Shown: piece after piece, positions 17,001 to 20,000 of the stretch
Layout of the letters: every line of letters begins with the position of its first letter
Position numbering within the stretch: position 1 is the stretch's first letter
Assembly: GCA_023150835.1 (NCBI GenBank)
Contig: JAKLKB010000020.1
Coordinates: 44,482-64,481, forward strand
Direction: 5' to 3'
DNA length: 20,000 bases
Source: Myxococcota bacterium
GTDB lineage: Bacteria > Myxococcota_C > UBA6777
Translations under genes and position numbers: made by a program
The notes under the pieces: generated by a model
What the model saw: the letters and a program-made list of their open reading frames with translations, nothing else
The model's database searches: none
Told to the model about the DNA's origin: nothing

Positions 17001-19182
17001 TCATTTGGTCCCGGGCTACCTCAACGCTGCCAAGCCACTCGCCGAACTCTACATGGAAGCCAAGCGATGGGCAGAAGCAGAGCAAGTCTTGGATATCGTG
17101 GTACAAGTCCTCCAACAAAACGAACTCAGCGAGGATCTCTATCTCTGGTATTACCAACTGGCCCTTGCTTCCGAGAAACAAGACAATATCCAAAAGGCAC
17201 TCTACTACTACCAAGAGTCCTATAACCTCAACCCGACCCACTTCCCCACCCTCAACGGTCTTGGTCGGATCTACTACACCAAACAAGAGTGGGATCGTTC
17301 GCTCAAGGTCTACCAAACCATCCTGTACCACCACCGCGCACAGCTTTCTGAACGCGATCTCAGCGAAGTGTATTATCGGATGGGTCTGGCTTTTGACCAA
17401 ATGCAGCAGCCCGAACAAGCGATCGAGTACTACGAACAAGCCCTTGAGATCGACCCCGCCAACCCCCTCGTGTTGCGCCGCCTCTCCCAATACGCCGAAT
17501 ATCAGCAAGATTGGGAACGCACCCTCGAACTCAAAGAACGCCTCCTGCTCGTTCTCGAAGAAGAAGAAGAACGCTACCAAATCAATATTGAACTGGGTAC
17601 TTTGTGCCAAGAACGCCTTGGCCGCTTGCACCAAGCTGTCGACTTCTTCCGTCAAGCCTTCAATCTCAAGCCCGAAGACCTCAATCTCCTCTACAAATTG
17701 CTCGGCCTCTACCAAGAAACCGAACAATGGTACGAGATGATCGAGACTTTGGAGATCTTGATCCAAGCGACCCAAGAACTGGAGCAACAGCTTCAGTACG
17801 TCTATCAGATCGCCGAGATCTACCAATCGCGTCTCCAAGACGTCGACAACGCGGTCGGATACTACAACAAAGCCTTGGATATGCACCCCGGCTATGATCC
17901 GGCCTTCCAAGCCCTCGAACAGTTGTTGTTCCACATCCAAGACTGGGCCCGACTCGACGAAAACTACCGCCAGATGTTGCGACGCCTTCCCCAAGACGAC
18001 AGCCAACCCGAGCGCAAGCTCGAGATCTGGCGCAAGTTGGGTGAGTTGTACCGCTACAAGCTCAACAATCTCGACAACGCCGTCATGGCCTATGAGATCG
18101 TCTACCAACTCGAACCCAATGTCCCCAACTTGGAGATCCTCGCCGATCTTTACGGACAAAGCGAAAACTATCGCCCCAAAGCCGTCGAGATCCATCACAA
18201 GCTGTTGCTCCAAAACCCCGCACGCATCGATTCGTACAAATCGCTGATCCGACTCTACTACGAACTCCAACAATACGACCGTTCCTTCGCGGTTTGCTCG
18301 ACACTCAAGTTCTTGCGCGAAACCTCTGCCGAAGAGGATCAGTTCTACAACAGCATGAAAGAGAAAGCCCCCGACCGCATCACTCGTGCCTTCCGCGAAG
18401 AAGAAACGTGGCGCGAACTCCTCTTCCATCCCAGCGCAAAAACACCGCTGGCCGATATCATGGCGATCCTTTACCAATTCTGCGGAACCAGCTTCGCCAA
18501 AAGCACCAAAGAATACAAAATCAAAAAGACCGATCGCGTCGACCCAAGCCTCTTCTTCTCCCGTACCTACGACTACGTCGCCAAGGTACTCAACCTTCAG
18601 CCCCAAGAAGTCTACACAAGCACCCTTGTTTCGGGCTTGCGCGTGGTCAACACCTTCCCGCCTGTGATCTTGGCTGGCGAAGATATGTTCAAAGAACGCC
18701 ATCCCAAAGAGCTTTTGTTCATGATCGCACGCCAGATCACGCTTTCTCGCCCTGAGTTCATCTTTGCATCTGTCCTCTCTTATCAAGAGTTCCGTGCGTT
18801 GCTGTCCTCGCTCTTCCATATGTACAACGCGAACTTCCCGCTCGAAGTCCCTCAAGACGTCGCGCAACAGATCCAAGGCCGCATCTCCAAAACCTTGCCC
18901 GCAGATCGCCAAGGGCAGCTCACCCAACTGATCCAAGCCTGTATGCAAGATCCCAACGCCATGAACCCAGACCGTTTCCTCGAAGGCATCGAGCATACCG
19001 CCAACCGCGTTGGTTTTGCCCTCGCTGGCGATATGAACATCTCCTCCAAAGTCTGCGAACGCGAAGGCCGCGATGACTTCAAAGTCGCCCACCGCGCCAA
19101 AGTCAAAGAGCTCGTCCTTTACTCGATCTCCGAAGAATACTTCACCTTCCGCGATCGCCAAGGACTTGCCGTCAAACTCTAA
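8038..19182 (+). CDS. Giant (~3714 aa) cytoplasmic TPR-repeat protein, AgmK/GltI-like
   Basis: Uninterrupted 11.1-kb ORF with consistent codon usage. Dozens of TPR-like units of the form A..AY..IL..DP....ALEALE.LY....W..L. No signal peptide or TM. AGGAG at 8023-8027 supports ATG 8038 over the ORF-track start 7975. Size and repeat style recall Myxococcus AgmK/GltI (from recollection, not aligned). Confidence 0.92.
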   Translation: MSVEEIQNYLRILEAVPTNVPAFEALKQIYTEHQRWEELAQLVEDRAERLPDRSQAPALYLQAANTWFHKEQNTERAKKTITKVLELIPNERNALALWRELATFEGDFATAIKILRQEIQITEDAREKSKRFVDIAKIFEEHMDNQEHAAMAYHQAFLQDPENLGPMEQALRLYRSRGDWQRVIAVLRARLEKVSEASNKARLMFQIGQIFIQHLDEGKTPEGLAKAAQLFREALNLDPDLDDFDNALELYKDNKEWSQVTALLRAKLEVVTENTKKARLLLELGNVILQHLEEGQTPEGQQKASQFFQKALEFDPSLNEAKEAIEELSYATEDWSSLLKRLKKDIRDAGKDEDRAAFLNYKIAEGYLLREDKPAYAVRYCKQALELQPNHTKSQDLLQRLYADLERWEALADFFNDCTKTALDAPAKVKWLKKLARLYREQTKEREREIETLERILDILPTERETLQHLENIYRDNGQYSRALEVMDKRLKTFEESAAKKTLLYEMATLANKELQDSTRAAGYYERILSLDPDEMDAIDALLPLYEAEARWENLIQGLKRKLERTEDRHARATMLTRVGDIYAQRLALSKEAFDAYTQALRENPQDSDLTQKLEALARQIGNWEEMVALYRNTLESANDPADQAALYFRIGDIYERELQDVEQAKASYEEALERAPQLGAMNALQRLYRQSEDWTSLAELLQEKSKNDNLDEDQRIEVFEELARIQLNYIDDADGAAETYEKLLDASPSYGPALEALERVYKQNENWAKLRGVYQRRVDNPNSESELKSTLHILGSLLIEQLDAFEDAVQVYQQLRVLDPNDLSILTRLEGLYRDLGQWEQWVDTARQRAESIRRPEQKKEVLLEIAKIQEEELDDSVGAIAVLRELHEIDSQDIKILDELERLLEVEDDKAGQLEILRKKVNLQQNANEKKVLLFRVADLHRALDNESDMAEAYREILDIDPRDLRSLRSLQAYNQLQGDHEGVLDLLLRERDIVTEDADRSRLTQRIAQLQANLGRYEDAIIEYRQILAQNNNDNQARTALEEIATKHAGWRVEALQVLEPIYRAAQDWEALVKALEARFQVVHDKAQRLDMARELEEIYRRLSDDEKAFYWSCQLLREDFADTEMRERVEMMADEMERWDELLVVYEDIVRSFVDRQQIVETYLFIARNYQDRLSQPENALRNYRRVLDYDSNNPEAIDALEELYRALGQWRDLIDILRMRVEMTAAVDEKKELLFEVADLWEDKLQDPPEAIQVFNDILELQNNNLTAIRRLAALYERESRYTDLAETWEKELSLLDNEEELLSLRFNLGQLYADHLNRIEDSLKMMQQVLEVDPEHQEAIQRVHALREEDAYRLICARILEPIYLHQENYPELKAIYKIQLEDASQNANDRRKALMRLGQLHEEKLGEFREAFDRYLQVFKETPGQHGTRKALLRMSEKLDAWRELALNFENGVDACEDSEEKIQIHLDLARIYRERLHDPDRGMNHDRRVVDDLDSKNLQAIEALEDFYQERENWHSLIDILFQKEQALHDEVLKKGVFNQIANIYENQLSDKYQAILILRQYLSRLETQDPGPAPVEIALREAKERETKLQQENQELIDAVEMAREQLSSLENQAEEAEASLKEYRDIVAESMRTPEEDAEVERTEAAWKQTQAALAKAEESAAARIAHANALAAELQSLEEAAEPDVDAIAVKTGEVADATEAVEAADHQIEEARYIAQAARTAYEDAQTAKAAASAAGPSSDQASELKRLESMHRMVQQAQEAKAAELREMQEQLDQAEVKEAEAAEAVRTAEQAMEAAAEQIQTILEQRTAFKLDTIQELARLFEEEERWADLVEILEKEVELLAEPEEALRLRFRIAQLWQDQLHDVPRSIRLYREILNDDPDFESALQVMEELSENEDYQLMVAESLESYFREGRQDWTRLIEMVEIQLNHTAESEKRLAFLKEIVALYELELDNTDMAFVYLCRAFREAPTDRDVISELERLAEENDAWEELVGVYEDKVEDIGDIQLALRMYLKIANIYDEALQDPEEAIKNYCNALKLDEHNNVALNALDRLYRQERQWEQLVDILQRKVYTSADTREQVTLLSRVAQIWERELENPSEAIGAYRRILEVDSQNANALSSLQRLYEEDQQWENLFEICQRKVGLVDAVSERAKLTKQMAQICALHLGRTAEAIELHESVLATSERDEESLTALHTLYEQTERWDALVNIVQRLLKVVSGVEKKKDFYRTLGRTYGERLFEEEKAIEGWQKVLELDPKDRDALEALQRIYANREEWQNLVGILRRLIPLQTEPAQTLEIYLRLASIYQEKMNRLEDAIASWRRVLEIDPTHWQALDTLENLLIERNDWRAVLGILEKKEAVVQDNFSKIELLMRAAQICQERLREINRSTPYYERILEFDPTYLRAVEALGSIYTRNQDWKKLVNIFNIEVNLFEEKSQKLEKLKAIAELYENRLFNKAESFNTLLRAFQIDPEQDEIRTRLERIADETDRWNDLVGVFAQEIDRIEFFDTKIALLMRIGHIYHVELRESEPAIVAYQKIMLIDENHRQSIEALEELYDETERWPELIAIYNKKLQITHEIEEQKDLLFRIAELQEYQQGDRVAAIEAYRQIQALDPSDRAALEALEKLYREEQRWPELIDVLNRRIQQSTDQKQIFRMKFEVGSIYANKLEELNLAVDAYRDVLSMDPNNLDAMHALERLYTDLEDWNSLLQILHRELEISTRPEEKVPLYGRMGLIWEEELGQPGRAIECLTYILEVDRWNIGAIKDLERLYRQAQEWQRLIEIYEQHIRAINDLEEMAMLYYEVGSIYETYMGDVDKATTYYLRVLDADPYYQPALSSLGKIYESVGNWPKCIEMREREAKVANEPERLVEVYFSIGKIYEERLVQIDRAKESYRKALEIQPNYLPALRALKVIHFLQRDWEGVIRLAHMQEQFTDAPEEKAILFCEIGKISRERLSNMPNAIQSYAQALHLVPGYLNAAKPLAELYMEAKRWAEAEQVLDIVVQVLQQNELSEDLYLWYYQLALASEKQDNIQKALYYYQESYNLNPTHFPTLNGLGRIYYTKQEWDRSLKVYQTILYHHRAQLSERDLSEVYYRMGLAFDQMQQPEQAIEYYEQALEIDPANPLVLRRLSQYAEYQQDWERTLELKERLLLVLEEEEERYQINIELGTLCQERLGRLHQAVDFFRQAFNLKPEDLNLLYKLLGLYQETEQWYEMIETLEILIQATQELEQQLQYVYQIAEIYQSRLQDVDNAVGYYNKALDMHPGYDPAFQALEQLLFHIQDWARLDENYRQMLRRLPQDDSQPERKLEIWRKLGELYRYKLNNLDNAVMAYEIVYQLEPNVPNLEILADLYGQSENYRPKAVEIHHKLLLQNPARIDSYKSLIRLYYELQQYDRSFAVCSTLKFLRETSAEEDQFYNSMKEKAPDRITRAFREEETWRELLFHPSAKTPLADIMAILYQFCGTSFAKSTKEYKIKKTDRVDPSLFFSRTYDYVAKVLNLQPQEVYTSTLVSGLRVVNTFPPVILAGEDMFKERHPKELLFMIARQITLSRPEFIFASVLSYQEFRALLSSLFHMYNANFPLEVPQDVAQQIQGRISKTLPADRQGQLTQLIQACMQDPNAMNPDRFLEGIEHTANRVGFALAGDMNISSKVCEREGRDDFKVAHRAKVKELVLYSISEEYFTFRDRQGLAVKL

Positions 19183-19245
19183 CCCTTCTCTCCACCCGCA
19201 CTTCCTCCTCCCTTTTTGCTCTCTTTCCCCTCCTCAACAGAATGC

Positions 19246-19273
19246 TTGACAGCACACCTGCTCTGTCTATACT
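19246..19273 (+). promoter_or_regulatory. Near-consensus sigma70 promoter upstream of 6S RNA
   Basis: TTGACA (19246-19251), 16-nt spacer, TATACT (19268-19273). Predicted TSS about 19279-19281. Confidence 0.7.
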
Positions 19274-19279
19274 CTCATC

Positions 19280-19327
19280 CAACAAAAACAATGCCCCCCC
19301 CACGGTGGGCCTCTTGCTTTTTTGTTG
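19280..19327 (+). terminator. Hairpin with flanking A and T tracts (possible terminator, attenuator or 6S leader hairpin)
   Basis: CAACAAAAA (19280-19288) pairs with TTTTTGTTG (19319-19327), enclosing a GC core CCCAC-G-GTGGG. Confidence 0.4.
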
Positions 19328-19402
19328 AAGCAACGAGATCCTTGATTACGACACATCCACTCCAATCCATCGAAGGAACGGAGTTGACGAATACGGTTGA
19401 CC

Positions 19403-19591
19403 AAGTTCCCCTGCCCGGTGCGTGATTGATGCAGAGAGTTTCGAACCAATGTGTAGAAAAAAGGGAGCGCAAGTTGGTTGAGAAGATGACACCACACGAA
19501 AGTGTTGGATGACGCCGAGACAGCCACAGCGTACCCACCTTTTGGACCCGGTTCAAAAGATCCTGTTCACACGGCCAGCGGCGGGGGTTTT
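19403..19591 (+). ncRNA. ssrS: 6S RNA
   Basis: ~185-nt rod. Closing stem CCCCTGCC (19408-19415)/GGCGGGGG (19580-19587). GAACC/GGTTC and GGGAGCGC/GCGTACCC helices flank a central bubble (AATGTGTAGAAAAAA opposite ACCTTTTGGACCC). Apical ACAC-GAAA-GTGT GNRA hairpin. Conserved 6S words in the expected order (GAACC, GGGAGC, CCCACC, GGTTCAAAA, ACGGC), then a T-rich tail. Ends approximate. Confidence 0.88.
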
Positions 19592-20000
19592 TCTTTTCTC
19601 CGTGCTTTCTACGGCTTCTCCAAGGGACGCTCGTTTTGCGTAGGCTTTTTTTGCAGATCAAAGCACGCGCAAAACGCCTTCCATCGAGAAGTTTCTCTGT
19701 TGATGGCATCCAGAAGATCTCTGCAACTTGGCTTCGTCTTGTCTGTGTCGCTCTCACGCGCGACAGGCAAACCCTTGGACAAAGCGCTTCTCCTGTTCTT
19801 TTTCTCTCTACCTTTCTTCGTGCCACACACACACGCCTGCTCTCCCTTTATCCACCGCCCCACCCCCCCCTCCTTCGCACAAAGCCACGAAACAACGCGC
19901 ACATACCTTTCTACGTTGCCTGCTTCTGATCCAAAACACCAAACCACCTGTTTTTCCCGCCCCCATCCCTCCCCCCTCTACCAGCCTTGCCTCGCTCAAA

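Noticed and set aside
14623-19161. 1512-aa antisense ORF, and similar ones at 12208-14556, 8218-9585 and 10411-11391
   Set aside because: In-register shadows of the giant TPR gene. Its rare use of TTA/CTA/TCA codons removes antisense stops, and the translations have no recognisable domains.
19183-19235. C-rich, G-poor tract after the giant gene as a Rho utilisation site
   Set aside because: Plausible, but indistinguishable from the general C-over-G skew of this strand.
19216-19999. Short ORFs in the right-hand intergenic region (19216-19425, 19267-19527, 19275-19832, 19609-19947, 19636-19929, 19808-19999)
   Set aside because: They overlap the 6S RNA or low-complexity tracts, lack convincing SD sites and show no protein-like features.

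Overview
Gene-dense bacterial chromosomal window. Protein content (giant AgmK/GltI-like TPR protein, Cys-rich lipoprotein, CHASE2-cyclase-TPR architecture) suggests Myxococcota or a related deltaproteobacterial lineage; this is an inference. Minus strand, left: a probable three-gene operon of exported proteins, comprising a trypsin-fold protein lacking catalytic His and Ser fused to a predicted 8-stranded outer-membrane barrel (2112-3275), an HEXXH gluzincin lipoprotein (1050-2018), and a HEAT-repeat protein missing from the ORF track that runs off the left edge (<1-1034). Plus strand, divergent: a CHASE2/TM/class III cyclase/TPR protein whose cyclase catalytic residues are all substituted (3685-6108), a 2x12-Cys lipoprotein (6155-6850), a TPR lipoprotein (6961-7746), and a ~3714-aa TPR solenoid with a ~250-aa coiled-coil insertion and a C-terminal M48-like domain lacking HEXXH (8038-19182). 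After these come a near-consensus sigma70 promoter, a 6S RNA gene (~19403-19591) and a candidate second structured RNA. The most notable pattern is three unrelated catalytically degenerate enzyme domains in one envelope-associated neighbourhood. No CRISPR array, tRNA, rRNA, transposase or phage gene was seen. All family calls come from reading motifs by eye; no searches were run.
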